Source: Flavobacteriales bacterium
Lineage (GTDB): Bacteria > Bacteroidota > Bacteroidia > Flavobacteriales > TMED113
Direction: 5' to 3'
DNA length: 64,000 bases
Assembly (NCBI GenBank): GCA_002718035.1
Contig: PBCX01000005.1
Span: 30,359 to 94,358, forward strand
In this document: one piece after another, positions 1 through 10,405 of the stretch
How positions within the stretch are numbered: the first letter of the stretch is position 1
Layout of the letters: the number at the start of each line of letters is the position of its first letter
The notes under the pieces: generated by a model
Told to the model about the DNA's origin: nothing
The model's database searches: none
What the model saw: the letters and a program-made list of their open reading frames with translations, nothing else
Made by a program: the position numbers and the translations under genes

Positions 1-390
1 CATAATAGTTCTTACTGGAATTCTCAAAACTATTTAGGTGTTGGTCCATCTGCTCATTCTTTTAATGGAAAAACAAGGCAATGGAATATAAATAATAACT
101 CAAAATATATTAATTCTATTAAAAACAATGATGTTTTTTATGAAGAAGAGCTTTTAACAAGGAAGAATATAATTAATGAATTTATTTTAACTTCTTTAAG
201 ACAAATAGAAGGTCTTTCAAATAAAAAGTTAAAAGAAATAACATCGCATAAAGAGTATTTAAATATCAAATTCCAGATTAACGATTTAGTCAATAGATCA
301 TTAATATCAAAGAAAAATAATTATTATGCATTAACTGAACAAGGAATGATTTTATGTGATAAAATTACATCTGATCTTTTTTTAGTTTAA
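1..390 (+). CDS. hemW: radical-SAM heme chaperone HemW / coproporphyrinogen-III oxidase-like protein, C-terminal fragment (5' end outside window)
   Basis: Frame +1 is open from base 1 to TAA at 388-390. My translation HNSSYWNSQNYLGVGPSAHSFNGKTRQW... resembles the HemN_C region of HemW/YggW-type proteins. Confidence 0.55.
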   Translation, partial: HNSSYWNSQNYLGVGPSAHSFNGKTRQWNINNNSKYINSIKNNDVFYEEELLTRKNIINEFILTSLRQIEGLSNKKLKEITSHKEYLNIKFQINDLVNRSLISKKNNYYALTEQGMILCDKITSDLFLV

Positions 391-399
391 TTTTGCTAT

Positions 400-1152
400 A
401 TGGATTTTTACTCTGAATTAAATAATGAGAAAATAAAGATTGATTTCAATTCACCAATAGATATTTCAGTTCCAATAGAATTTCAAGATGATTGTTTGTT
501 AGCATGGGGTCAATCTAAACCTAAAAAATCACCTGTCAGAAAAGGAGATTGGGTAGGGAGTATAAAGAATGGTGCATCAGTAAATTTTAATAACATTTTT
601 TTTAATCCTCACGCTCACATTACTCATACAGAATGTTGTGGTCATATTAGTATTGAAGAAGAAAGTATTAATTCAATACAAAAATCATTTTTTTTCTTTT
701 CTAATTTAATTACTGTGAACCCTAAAAAAAGAGGTATGGATTTAGTTATTTCTGAAGATATGATTTTAGAAAAAATAAATCACGAATTTAAATATGAGAC
801 ATTAATAATAAGAACTAATCCAAATTTACCTTTGAAAAAAAATAAAAACTATTCTAACTCAAACCCACCTTATTTAACTAAAGATTGTATTTTATTTATA
901 AAAAAAATAGGTGTTAAAAACTTGTTAATTGACTTGCCATCAATTGATAAGGAGAAAGATAATGGTAAAGTTATAAATCATAAAATTTTTTTTGATATAA
1001 TAACAGGTGGAAATACAAATACAATAACTGAGCTAATTTATGTTCCAACAAAAGTACCAGATGGAGAATACTTATTGAATTTACAATTCATGCCAATTAA
1101 TAATGATGCCGCACCGAGCAGACCTATTTTATTTAAAATTCAACGTTTATAA
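400..1152 (+). CDS. putative cyclase-family metal hydrolase (kynurenine formamidase-like)
   Basis: 250 aa. NPHAHITHTECCGH resembles, with altered spacing, the HxGTHxDxPxH motif of the cyclase/arylformamidase family. LLIDLPSIDKEKD resembles the family's C-terminal GIDxxSxD segment. Confidence 0.4.
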   Translation: MDFYSELNNEKIKIDFNSPIDISVPIEFQDDCLLAWGQSKPKKSPVRKGDWVGSIKNGASVNFNNIFFNPHAHITHTECCGHISIEEESINSIQKSFFFFSNLITVNPKKRGMDLVISEDMILEKINHEFKYETLIIRTNPNLPLKKNKNYSNSNPPYLTKDCILFIKKIGVKNLLIDLPSIDKEKDNGKVINHKIFFDIITGGNTNTITELIYVPTKVPDGEYLLNLQFMPINNDAAPSRPILFKIQRL

Positions 1153-1154
1153 TT

Positions 1155-3086
1155 ATGATAAAAAAATATTGTAATAGTATGACAAAATATTCTAGGTGGA
1201 AAACTCGCGAAGTTTTCATTGGTAATGTTGGAATTGGCGGACATCAGCCTATTAGAGTACAGTCAATGACAACTACAGATACAATGAATACAGAAGCTAC
1301 TGTTAGCCAATGTATCAAAATGATTGATGCAGGATGTGAATTAATTAGAATTACAACACCAAGTAAAAGAGAAGCGGAGAACTTAAAGAACATCAAAGAT
1401 TCATTATTAAAAAAAGGTTATAACCAACCATTAATTGCTGATATTCATTATACACCTAACGCAGCAGAGATTGCCGCAAAAATTGTTGAAAAGGTTAGAA
1501 TTAATCCAGGAAATTATGCTGATAAAAAGAGGTTTCAAAAAATTGAATATACAGATGATGAATATAATCAAGAGATAGAAAGAATAAAATTAAAGTTGAT
1601 GCCATTAATCGAAATAAGCAAAGAGCATAAAACTGTAATTAGGATTGGGACAAATCATGGATCTCTATCTGATAGAATATTAAGTCGTTATGGTGATACT
1701 CCTGAGGGTATGGTTGAATCTGCTATGGAATTCGTAAGAATTTTTAGATCTGAAAATAATCATCAATTAGTTTTGTCAATGAAGTCTTCTAATCCAAAAG
1801 TAATGATCGCAGCATATAGATTATTAGTTTTTCAAATGAATAAAGAGGAAATGAACTATCCATTGCACCTTGGTGTCACTGAAGCAGGTGATGGATTAGA
1901 TGGTAGAATAAAATCTGCTATTGGAATAGGTTCTCTTTTGGAGGATGGTATTGGAGATACTATTAGAGTTTCTCTGACTGAACCTCCAGAAAATGAAATC
2001 CCAGTTGCTTTAAATATTTTAGATCATATTAAAAACAGAAATAATTTAAAAAAAATTTCTACAATAAAACAAACAAATTTTAATCCATTTTCATACATCA
2101 GAAGAAAGTCCAAAGTTGTCAACAACATAGGTGGAAGTAAAGTTCCAGTTGTAATTTCAGATCTATCCTTAAAATCTAAAATTACTTATAAGTCATTATT
2201 TCCTCTTGGTTACAGATACTCAATTAAATTAGATAAATGGACAATTACAGATCAAGGTTGCGATTATATATATTTAGGAGACAATGATATAGACTTTGAG
2301 ATCCCAGGAACCTTAGGTTTAATTTATAATTATAAAACTTGGTTAAAACTTAAAAAAGGATATCCACTGATGTCTGCTAAGGATTACAAAAATGCAAAAA
2401 ATTTATCCAATCATATTAATTTTATTTACACCACAATTTCAGCATTAAATAGAGATGTAATTGAAAAAATAAATATTGATAAATCTGCAATTTTAATTAT
2501 TGAAACATTTAATTCAAATGCCTATTTTGAACTAAGAAAAATATTTATTGATTTAATAGAATTTGATAATCAAACACCAGTTGTAATTTGTAGAAAATAT
2601 AATGCAGATCTTTCAAAAGATCAGCTTTTAATAAGTTCCTCTATTGAGATAGGTTCTTTATTTTGTGATGGTTTTGGGGATGGTGTTTTTATTAAAGCTC
2701 AATCTAACGAGAATGCTCCTTTTTTAAACCAAATTTCATTTGGGCTTTTACAGGCCACAAGAACAAGATTTTCTAAGACTGAATATATTTCATGTCCATC
2801 GTGTGGTAGAACTTTGTTTGATTTACAAGAAACTACTGAGAAAATTAGAAACGCAACTTCTCATTTAAAGGGCATAAAAATTGGAATCATGGGTTGTATT
2901 GTAAACGGACCTGGAGAAATGGCAGATGCGGATTATGGTTACGTGGGCTCAGGTGTAGGAAAAATAACTTTATATAAAGGGCAGAACGTAGTTAAAAAAA
3001 ATATACCTACTGATGATGCGTTACTTGAATTAATAAAATTAATTAAGGAAAATGGAGATTGGAAATCTTCAAGCATAAGCCTATAA
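1155..3086 (+). CDS. ispG: 4-hydroxy-3-methylbut-2-enyl diphosphate synthase, long form with internal insert domain
   Basis: PIRVQSMTTTDT, GTNHGSLS and LGVTEAGDG in the N-terminal TIM barrel. C-terminal 4Fe-4S ligand motifs SCPSCGRT and GCIVNGPGE. 643 aa. Confidence 0.9.
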   Translation: MIKKYCNSMTKYSRWKTREVFIGNVGIGGHQPIRVQSMTTTDTMNTEATVSQCIKMIDAGCELIRITTPSKREAENLKNIKDSLLKKGYNQPLIADIHYTPNAAEIAAKIVEKVRINPGNYADKKRFQKIEYTDDEYNQEIERIKLKLMPLIEISKEHKTVIRIGTNHGSLSDRILSRYGDTPEGMVESAMEFVRIFRSENNHQLVLSMKSSNPKVMIAAYRLLVFQMNKEEMNYPLHLGVTEAGDGLDGRIKSAIGIGSLLEDGIGDTIRVSLTEPPENEIPVALNILDHIKNRNNLKKISTIKQTNFNPFSYIRRKSKVVNNIGGSKVPVVISDLSLKSKITYKSLFPLGYRYSIKLDKWTITDQGCDYIYLGDNDIDFEIPGTLGLIYNYKTWLKLKKGYPLMSAKDYKNAKNLSNHINFIYTTISALNRDVIEKINIDKSAILIIETFNSNAYFELRKIFIDLIEFDNQTPVVICRKYNADLSKDQLLISSSIEIGSLFCDGFGDGVFIKAQSNENAPFLNQISFGLLQATRTRFSKTEYISCPSCGRTLFDLQETTEKIRNATSHLKGIKIGIMGCIVNGPGEMADADYGYVGSGVGKITLYKGQNVVKKNIPTDDALLELIKLIKENGDWKSSSISL

Positions 3087-3090
3087 GTAA

Positions 3091-4551
3091 TTAATTTTTG
3101 TATTGGATACTATCTAATTTTGAAACCCATAAATTCTTTTCTATTTCAAAAGAATTTTTATTTTTTTTACTAATTGGCTTGGATGGAGGTAGATTTTGTT
3201 TAAAAGGGTCTACTTGTTTCCCATTTTTCCAAAATCTGTAACAAACATGAGGCCCTGTTGCAAGTCCTGTTTGACCCACATAACCAATAATTTCACCTTG
3301 TTTTATTCTTTTTCCATTTTTAATTCCATTTTTTTTCCAATAGTTTACACTTCTTTTTTGCATGTGTAAATATTGAGTTTCATAAGTATTATTATGTTTG
3401 ATTTTAACGTAATAACCATTATATTTTTTGTATTTAGCCGCTGTTATAATACCATCCGCAGTACTAACAATTGGCGATCCACTTTTAGCTGCAAAATCAG
3501 TTCCTTTATGTGCTTTTACTCTTCCTGTAACCGGGTGTCTTCTGGATTTGCTATATCTTGAGGATATTCTTTTAAATTCAACTGGGGCTCTAAGGAAAAA
3601 GTTTCTTAGATTTTTTCCATTTTTATCAAAATATTCAACAGATTTTAAACTCGTATCATCTTTAAATGGAATTGCATAAAAATTTTCATTATTATGTTGA
3701 AAGACAGCAGCGTATACTTTATTAATTTTTATAAATTCATTATTTATATATTTTGCATCGTATATAATTTTAAATTTATCATTTGGATTTAGTCTATAGA
3801 AATCAATTGTCCAGGGATATATTTTTTGAGCGATAGCAACAATTAATGCGTCAATTTCATTAATTTCTTTAATATTATCTCCAATTGCTTGCCAAAGATG
3901 TTCTCTAATAATGCCTGACAAATTCTTATTAATAATTTCATATGATCTTTTTTCTATTTTAGTTTTTGTAAAGTCATTAAAATCAATTAGTAAATAGCTT
4001 TCGTTATTTATATTATATGCCATTAGACTTGGCTTATCTTTCTTTTCAGAAAAGATTATTGCGTACTTGTCTCCTTGTTTTATTTTGTTAAGATTAAATA
4101 TGTTATTTTTTTTCAAATATGAATCTAATTTGAAAATATTTGAATTATTAATATTATAAGGTGAAAGTATAGAAGTAATATTTTCATTTTTTTTAACAAC
4201 ACTTTCAAAGCATTTGTCAGTATTAATACTATCAATTTCTATTTTGTTTTTTTTTATTACTTCTTGTATTAGTCTAAGGTTAGAATTTAATTTTTTTTCT
4301 GACTTAATAATTGACTCTGTTTGATTTATTATTTGGCTTGAATTACTGAACTCGTTTTCATCTTTTTTAAATGAATTTTTATTTATCTTTTGAATTGAAG
4401 CAATTAGTATAAAAGCGATAATTATCGAAGAAAGGATGTAGGTGTAATTTTTTTTAAAACCAGACAAAATAATTTTCAATATTATTAGAAACAGATTAAC
4501 TATTGAAAGAATTGTAAGAATTTTTAGTATTAACAAAAATATTGTGTTCAT
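3091..4551 (-). CDS. membrane-anchored M23 family metallopeptidase
   Basis: N-terminal TM helix. HKGTDFAA (HxxxD), YLHM and GQTGLATGPHVCYRF near the C-terminus. Confidence 0.8.
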   Translation of the reverse strand: MNTIFLLILKILTILSIVNLFLIILKIILSGFKKNYTYILSSIIIAFILIASIQKINKNSFKKDENEFSNSSQIINQTESIIKSEKKLNSNLRLIQEVIKKNKIEIDSINTDKCFESVVKKNENITSILSPYNINNSNIFKLDSYLKKNNIFNLNKIKQGDKYAIIFSEKKDKPSLMAYNINNESYLLIDFNDFTKTKIEKRSYEIINKNLSGIIREHLWQAIGDNIKEINEIDALIVAIAQKIYPWTIDFYRLNPNDKFKIIYDAKYINNEFIKINKVYAAVFQHNNENFYAIPFKDDTSLKSVEYFDKNGKNLRNFFLRAPVEFKRISSRYSKSRRHPVTGRVKAHKGTDFAAKSGSPIVSTADGIITAAKYKKYNGYYVKIKHNNTYETQYLHMQKRSVNYWKKNGIKNGKRIKQGEIIGYVGQTGLATGPHVCYRFWKNGKQVDPFKQNLPPSKPISKKNKNSFEIEKNLWVSKLDSIQYKN

Positions 4552-5517
4552 TTATAATTTTTTAAGCCAGCTAATTCCCCATTCTTTTTTTTCTTCTTTA
4601 GTCCAAAGTTGAGGAAAAAATATAATTTTTTGAAAACGAGGAGGTAAATATTTTTGCCAATTGGTTCCGCCAGTTGCCTTAATGATTCCTGAGGCTTTCA
4701 AATACTTGACGGCTGATTTAAAATGAGCAAGTTTCCATTTAACATTAACACATAAATCATATTCTTTTAATAGGTTGATTATTTCTTTTTTTTCTTCATT
4801 ATTAATTTGAACTTCTTTAAACTTTTCCCATAGGTTTTTTTTCTTTAATTTTTTTGTTAAGCTTATTAATTGTGAAGAGTATTTTTTTTGAAATTGTGTA
4901 AGAGTATATGTTTTTTTACCACTATCTATTTCGGTTGCACCTTTACTCCAATAAAAATTTTCTATAATATTTTTATCTGTTTTTGTGGATTTATTATTTA
5001 ATGATAAATTTTTAAATGATGTTGAGTAAATTTCAATTATTCTAAATTGAGCGCTTTGAAAACCACTACCAGGAAGTAGACTCATTCTAAATTTTGTAAA
5101 CTCTTGTTTAGTCATCCCTTCAATCATAATATCAAATGAATTTATTAGAATTTTCATATATCTAATGATTCTTTCCAGTCGTTCTTTTAAAAAACTAAAA
5201 CTTAGTTTCTTGTTCCAACCCAGATCTTGACCATTATCTTTGATAATTTTTCCATTATTTGAAATTTGCTTAAGTTCTTCGATAATAAGTTTAAAATAAA
5301 GCTCTGTTATTTGATGATATATAATAAATATATTTTCATCTGGAAAATCAGTTTTCGGGGCTTGTAAAGTTAGTAACGTATCTAAATTTATATAATCCCA
5401 ATAACTTAGATAATCAGAGTATAGAAGTCCTTCTAGATATGAACTAATATCTTGTCCCGTTGTAGAGTATTTTTCAATTAATTTTTCTAACTTTTCTTCT
5501 AGATGTTTGTGTCTCAT
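4552..5517 (-). CDS. kynA: tryptophan 2,3-dioxygenase
   Basis: YWDYINLDTLLTLQ...DENIFIIYHQITELYFKL matches the YxDYLxLDxLLxxQ...HDExxFIxxHQxxELWxKL core of bacterial TDO. The C-terminal part has AHF...ATGGTNWQKYL. Confidence 0.75.
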   Translation of the reverse strand: MRHKHLEEKLEKLIEKYSTTGQDISSYLEGLLYSDYLSYWDYINLDTLLTLQAPKTDFPDENIFIIYHQITELYFKLIIEELKQISNNGKIIKDNGQDLGWNKKLSFSFLKERLERIIRYMKILINSFDIMIEGMTKQEFTKFRMSLLPGSGFQSAQFRIIEIYSTSFKNLSLNNKSTKTDKNIIENFYWSKGATEIDSGKKTYTLTQFQKKYSSQLISLTKKLKKKNLWEKFKEVQINNEEKKEIINLLKEYDLCVNVKWKLAHFKSAVKYLKASGIIKATGGTNWQKYLPPRFQKIIFFPQLWTKEEKKEWGISWLKKL

Positions 5518-5572
5518 TTTATAAATCTAATAATTTATCAAAAATAATAAACAATAAAAAAAATGAGTTTTC

Positions 5573-6394
5573 TTATAAGTTTTCAACAGAAAGGATTTCA
5601 ATATATATTGACCCAACTCTAATAGGTGTTTCTACCTTTACTGGCAAGTGTCTATAATCATCAGTCAGCCATATATAGGTTGAGTTTTTATCAGAAAAAA
5701 TTCTACTTTTCTCAACAAATATCTTACATTTAATTGTTCTCAACTTACCAATTTTTGTTTTTATGGTTTCTTTATTTATTGGAACAAAATATGTTGGGAA
5801 AATATTATTTTTTTCAAGATTGAAAATTTCTAAATGAATAGTGTCATTAATTAATAGATTTTCATTTGGAATGTTTCTACTAGCAAATAATGCTGAAAGC
5901 ATGTCTTGTGTATTATTAGAAATTTTCAATCCCCCTTTTCTAGAATTTCTGAAGTCTGATGTGTTTGCATAATTATTTTTTCTATCAAATAATACTACTT
6001 GATTTGCTTTATAATTATGTTCATGAATATTTCTTTTAAATTTAAGTGAGGTTAGATTTTTTGTTTCGATGTGAGATTCAAATAAGTCATCTACTTCATA
6101 AAAAAAGTCAAATAATTTTGTTGTCCCACCTTTGGCCTGAACTTTAAAACAAGAAGAATTGTCAATATTTGATATACCTACGACCTCAATTTGACCATAA
6201 CCAGCTGTTAATATTCCTTTTTTATTACTTTGACCGTACGAAAATTTATATTTTGCCTTTTCTCCAACTTTAAATGCCAAATTTTTATGTTTTTTATTAT
6301 AAAAGTCATAAAATTCATTGTTTTTTTGTGAAAAGCATCCAAAAATACTCATGAAATATATAAATAACAGTATTTTTTTGTAAAAATTTATCAT
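5573..6394 (-). CDS. DUF3108 domain-containing secreted protein
   Basis: Signal peptide, FKVGEKAKYKFSYG, QDMLSALFASR and IWLTDDYRHLPVKVETPIRVGSIYIEL are typical of DUF3108. Confidence 0.6.
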   Translation of the reverse strand: MINFYKKILLFIYFMSIFGCFSQKNNEFYDFYNKKHKNLAFKVGEKAKYKFSYGQSNKKGILTAGYGQIEVVGISNIDNSSCFKVQAKGGTTKLFDFFYEVDDLFESHIETKNLTSLKFKRNIHEHNYKANQVVLFDRKNNYANTSDFRNSRKGGLKISNNTQDMLSALFASRNIPNENLLINDTIHLEIFNLEKNNIFPTYFVPINKETIKTKIGKLRTIKCKIFVEKSRIFSDKNSTYIWLTDDYRHLPVKVETPIRVGSIYIEILSVENL

Positions 6395-6397
6395 TTT

Positions 6398-9157
6398 TTA
6401 AATTACAATATTTATAATCTTATTTTTTACAATTATTATTTTTTTTATTTTTTTATCTCCAATTAGATCTGTTACTCTTTTTTGTGAAACAACTAAATTT
6501 TCAATTTCTTCGTCAGTCAAGTTTTTATTTATGTTTATTGATAATTTTTTCTTTCCATTAACTGAGACAGGATAATCAAAATCGTTTTTTATAAATAATT
6601 TTTCATCATATTTAGGAAACTTCTCATCAATGATATTTTTTTCCCCATGAATTTTTGACCAAATTTCTTGACAAAGAAATGGTGCAAAAGGGGAAAGAAC
6701 AATAAGTAGGGGTTCTAAAATTTCTTTTTTATTGCAATTAATTTTTCTTAGTTTATTGGTGATTATCATGAATGAACTGATACACGTATTAAATGAGTAT
6801 TGTTCAATATCATTTTTTATTTTAAATATTGTTTCATGAAGTATTTTCTTTTCTTCATTTGTTGCGATTTCTTCAGAAACTTCAAATTTATCATTTCTAT
6901 AAAACAAGCTCCAAAATCTTTTAATAAACGAGTATACACCTGTTATCCCCTCTGTTTTCCAAGGTTTAAATTGTGTTAGAGGTCCAAGAAACATTTCAAA
7001 CATTCTTAGAGAATCAGCACCGTATTTTTCAATAATATTATCTGGATTTACAACATTATAAAAAGATTTAGACATTTTCTCAACGCTACTCCCACATATA
7101 TAATTATCATCTTCGCATATAAATTCAGCATTGTTATATTCTATTCTACTTTTTTTAAACTTGTTTATTTTAAGATGGTTTTTCTCAACCAAATTTATGT
7201 CAACATGTATTTTAGTTGTTTTGTATTTATCTTTTAAGTTATAGGAAACAAAAGTATTTTTGCCTTTAATTCTATATACAAAACTAGATTCCCCAAGGAT
7301 CATTCCTTGATTTATAATTTTTTTAAATGGTTCCGAAAAATTAATCAACGATAGATCAAACAAAAATTTTGTCCAAAATCTAGAATAAAGTAAGTGACCT
7401 GTTGCGTGTTCTGCGCCACCAATATATAAATCTACGTTTTCCCAGTATTTAATTTCTTTTTCCCCCACAAATTTTTTGGTATTATGAGGATCTAGATATC
7501 TAATAAAATACCATGAAGAACCAGCCCAGCCAGGCATTGTTGAGTGTTCATAAACGTAGTTGTCTTTATATTTCCAATTTCTTGCTCTTGCTAATGGTGG
7601 ATCGCCTTTTTTGGTTGGTAAATATGAATCAATTGATGGTAGCTCTAAAGGAAGTTCATCATCATTTATAAGTTGAGGTATATTATTTTTATAATACACT
7701 GGAAATGGCTCTCCCCAGTATCTTTGTCTACTAAATATTGCATCTCTAAGTCTAAAGTTAATGGAAGAAGAACCAATATTTTTTTGAGACACTAACTTAG
7801 AAATTTTATCGCTTGCATCAGAAATAGAAAGTTTATTTAAAAAAGATGAATTAATTACTTTACCTTCTTTTTCTAAGTAAGGCTTATTTTCAACTATAGT
7901 TCCATTACTAATTACTTGCGTAATTTTAATTTTAAAATTTTTAGCAAATTTAAAATCTCGCGCATCGTGGGCTGGAACAGCCATAATAGCACCACTTCCG
8001 TAATTTGATAATACATAATCAGAAATCCATATAGGGATTTTTTCATTACTGAATGGGTGAAGAGCATAAGAGCCTGTGAATTCACCCGAAACAGAGTCAA
8101 CATTTGAAATTCTATCTAGCTCAGTTTTTTTAAAACATTTAATTTGATATTTTCTTATTTTTTCTTTTTGATCATCTATGCAAAGTTGACTTAAATGTTC
8201 ATGTTCAGGAGACAAAACTAAGAATGAAACACCAAAAATCGTTTCAGGTCTAGTTGTGAAAATTGAAATATTAAGGTTGTTTTCTGTCTTAAATATTATA
8301 TTTAAACCTGAAGATTTTCCAATCCAATTTTTTTGTTGTTCTTTAACAGAATTGGGCCAGTCAATTTGGTCTAAACCTTTTAGTAATCTATCTGCATACG
8401 CTGTAATTCTTAGTGCCCACTGTTTCATTTTTTTTTGTTCCACTGTATAACCTCCTCTTATTGACACACCATCTTTAACTTCATCGTTTGCAAGGACGGT
8501 TCCTAAACCTTCGCACCAATTTACCCAAGTATTAGATAAATAAGCTAAACGATATTTTAGCAAAATATTTTGTTGTTCTTCATAACTCAAGTTTTTCCAT
8601 TCATCTGCTGTAAAAACTTGAGTGTCATCATCACAAGGCGATTGAACTGATTTATTACCATTTCTTTCAAACTCTGCAATTAGTTCAGAAATGTGAATAG
8701 CTTTATCATCTATATTACAATAATAAGAGTTAAATAATTGTTTAAAAATCCATTGAGTCCATTTGTAATAATTTGTATCCGAAGTTTTTAATTCTCTTTC
8801 CCAGTCAAAGGATAAACCTAGATTCTTTAGTTGTTTTTTATATTTTTCTGAATTTACTTTTGTTGTTTTTTCAGGATGTTGTCCTGTAGCTATTGCATAT
8901 TGTTCAGCTGGCAACCCAAATGAATCAAAACCCATCGGGTGTAAAACATTATAACCTTGCAATCTTTTATAACGGCAGAAAATATCTGAAGCAATGTATC
9001 CCAGCGGATGCCCTACATGAAGTCCTGCGCCAGATGGGTAAGGAAACATATCTAAAACATAAAATTTTTTTTTATTATTGATTGTTGTTTTGAAAATTTT
9101 ATTTTTTTCCCACTCCTTTTTCCACCTTTCTTCTATTGTTTTAAAATTATAATCCAT
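6398..9157 (-). CDS. leuS: leucine--tRNA ligase
   Basis: HIGH motif (LHVGHPLGY) and KMSKS motif (EKMSKSFYN). 919 aa. Confidence 0.95.
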   Translation of the reverse strand: MDYNFKTIEERWKKEWEKNKIFKTTINNKKKFYVLDMFPYPSGAGLHVGHPLGYIASDIFCRYKRLQGYNVLHPMGFDSFGLPAEQYAIATGQHPEKTTKVNSEKYKKQLKNLGLSFDWERELKTSDTNYYKWTQWIFKQLFNSYYCNIDDKAIHISELIAEFERNGNKSVQSPCDDDTQVFTADEWKNLSYEEQQNILLKYRLAYLSNTWVNWCEGLGTVLANDEVKDGVSIRGGYTVEQKKMKQWALRITAYADRLLKGLDQIDWPNSVKEQQKNWIGKSSGLNIIFKTENNLNISIFTTRPETIFGVSFLVLSPEHEHLSQLCIDDQKEKIRKYQIKCFKKTELDRISNVDSVSGEFTGSYALHPFSNEKIPIWISDYVLSNYGSGAIMAVPAHDARDFKFAKNFKIKITQVISNGTIVENKPYLEKEGKVINSSFLNKLSISDASDKISKLVSQKNIGSSSINFRLRDAIFSRQRYWGEPFPVYYKNNIPQLINDDELPLELPSIDSYLPTKKGDPPLARARNWKYKDNYVYEHSTMPGWAGSSWYFIRYLDPHNTKKFVGEKEIKYWENVDLYIGGAEHATGHLLYSRFWTKFLFDLSLINFSEPFKKIINQGMILGESSFVYRIKGKNTFVSYNLKDKYKTTKIHVDINLVEKNHLKINKFKKSRIEYNNAEFICEDDNYICGSSVEKMSKSFYNVVNPDNIIEKYGADSLRMFEMFLGPLTQFKPWKTEGITGVYSFIKRFWSLFYRNDKFEVSEEIATNEEKKILHETIFKIKNDIEQYSFNTCISSFMIITNKLRKINCNKKEILEPLLIVLSPFAPFLCQEIWSKIHGEKNIIDEKFPKYDEKLFIKNDFDYPVSVNGKKKLSININKNLTDEEIENLVVSQKRVTDLIGDKKIKKIIIVKNKIINIVI

Positions 9158-9247
9158 CTTTTGAGTACGAGGTTTTACAAATTTATTAATTTTAAGATAC
9201 TAAATCTTACTTAAATTAATTGTATTTCTTAATTTAGTTTTAGTATC

Positions 9248-10153
9248 ATGAGCAACAAACCAAATAAAGTACTAAAAAATTCAATTTTCAGTTTAAAGAC
9301 TTCTATGATTTTTACAATGTCAATTGCTCTCATGAGCATTGGGTTTATTCTAATAATATTTTTTTTCTCCAATAGATTAATTGAGAAATTACAAGAAAAT
9401 GTACCTTTTAAAATTATTTTAAACAGCACAAGCTCAAACGGTATTGTAGATCTGATGAATTTTTTAAAAACTATTGATGAGGTCGATTTTCAAAAAACTC
9501 AGTTTGTTGAAAAAGAATTTGCAGCAGCAAAATTAAAAGAAAAATTAGGTGCAGATTTTCTTAATCCATTAAATAATGAAAACCCTTTACCTGATGTTAT
9601 TAATTTGTATGTAAAATCTAAATTTCACAACTCAAAAGATCTAAAAGTTTTAAAGAAAAAAATAGAAAGTGATCAAGCTGTTTCAAGTGCTATTTTTCCT
9701 CTCAAAGTCTCAGATTCTTTGATGAATTTTAAATTAAAGATTTTAAAAATTTCATTTGTTGTCTGTTTTATATTTACAATACTTTCAATTATTTTAATTT
9801 ATAATAATATTAGGCTAAAAATTTTCACTCAGAGTAATAATTTAAAAATAATGCAATTAGTTGGTGCAACTAAAAATTTTATACAAAGACCATATTTATT
9901 TAGAAGTTTACTGGATGGGCTTTTTGCAGCTATAATTTCAAATATGATTCTTACGATATTACTTTTTACTATTCTATTTATTATTTTTGAAGATGCTCAA
10001 GTTTTAATACAAAATTTATTTTTATACGTCACTACGTTAGAAATCTTTCTGATATTTATAGTAAATATTATATTCGGTATTTTAATTTCATTTTTGAGCC
10101 ATTTTTTTGTGTTAAAAAGAATATTGAGTTTAAAAACAAATTTTTACAGATAA
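9248..10153 (+). CDS. ftsX: FtsX-like cell division permease
   Basis: 301 aa. N-terminal TM, periplasmic loop, three C-terminal TMs with MQLVGATKNFIQRPY, typical of FtsX. No ftsE adjacent. Confidence 0.65.
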   Translation: MSNKPNKVLKNSIFSLKTSMIFTMSIALMSIGFILIIFFFSNRLIEKLQENVPFKIILNSTSSNGIVDLMNFLKTIDEVDFQKTQFVEKEFAAAKLKEKLGADFLNPLNNENPLPDVINLYVKSKFHNSKDLKVLKKKIESDQAVSSAIFPLKVSDSLMNFKLKILKISFVVCFIFTILSIILIYNNIRLKIFTQSNNLKIMQLVGATKNFIQRPYLFRSLLDGLFAAIISNMILTILLFTILFIIFEDAQVLIQNLFLYVTTLEIFLIFIVNIIFGILISFLSHFFVLKRILSLKTNFYR

Positions 10154-10162
10154 ATAATTTAT

Positions 10163-10405
10163 ATGAAAAATCAGAACCAAAAAAGCGAAGAGAAACAAAG
10201 TTTATTGTTCAATAAAAAAAAATATTTAATTCTTATTTTTTCCATATTCTTATTGTTTCTTGGTTTTCTTTTATTGTCTGGTGGTGGGGCAAGTGGCTCA
10301 ACATTTAACCCAGAAATTTTTTCTAGTCGCAGAATTGTTATTGCGCCAATCATAATCATCATTGCTTTTATAATGTCTGGCTATTCTATAATGATCAAAA
10401 AATGA
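10163..10405 (+). CDS. DUF3098 small membrane protein
   Basis: 80 aa, two TM helices, FNPEIFSSRRIVIAP motif. Conserved position between ftsX and uppP in Bacteroidota. Confidence 0.5.
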   Translation: MKNQNQKSEEKQSLLFNKKKYLILIFSIFLLFLGFLLLSGGGASGSTFNPEIFSSRRIVIAPIIIIIAFIMSGYSIMIKK

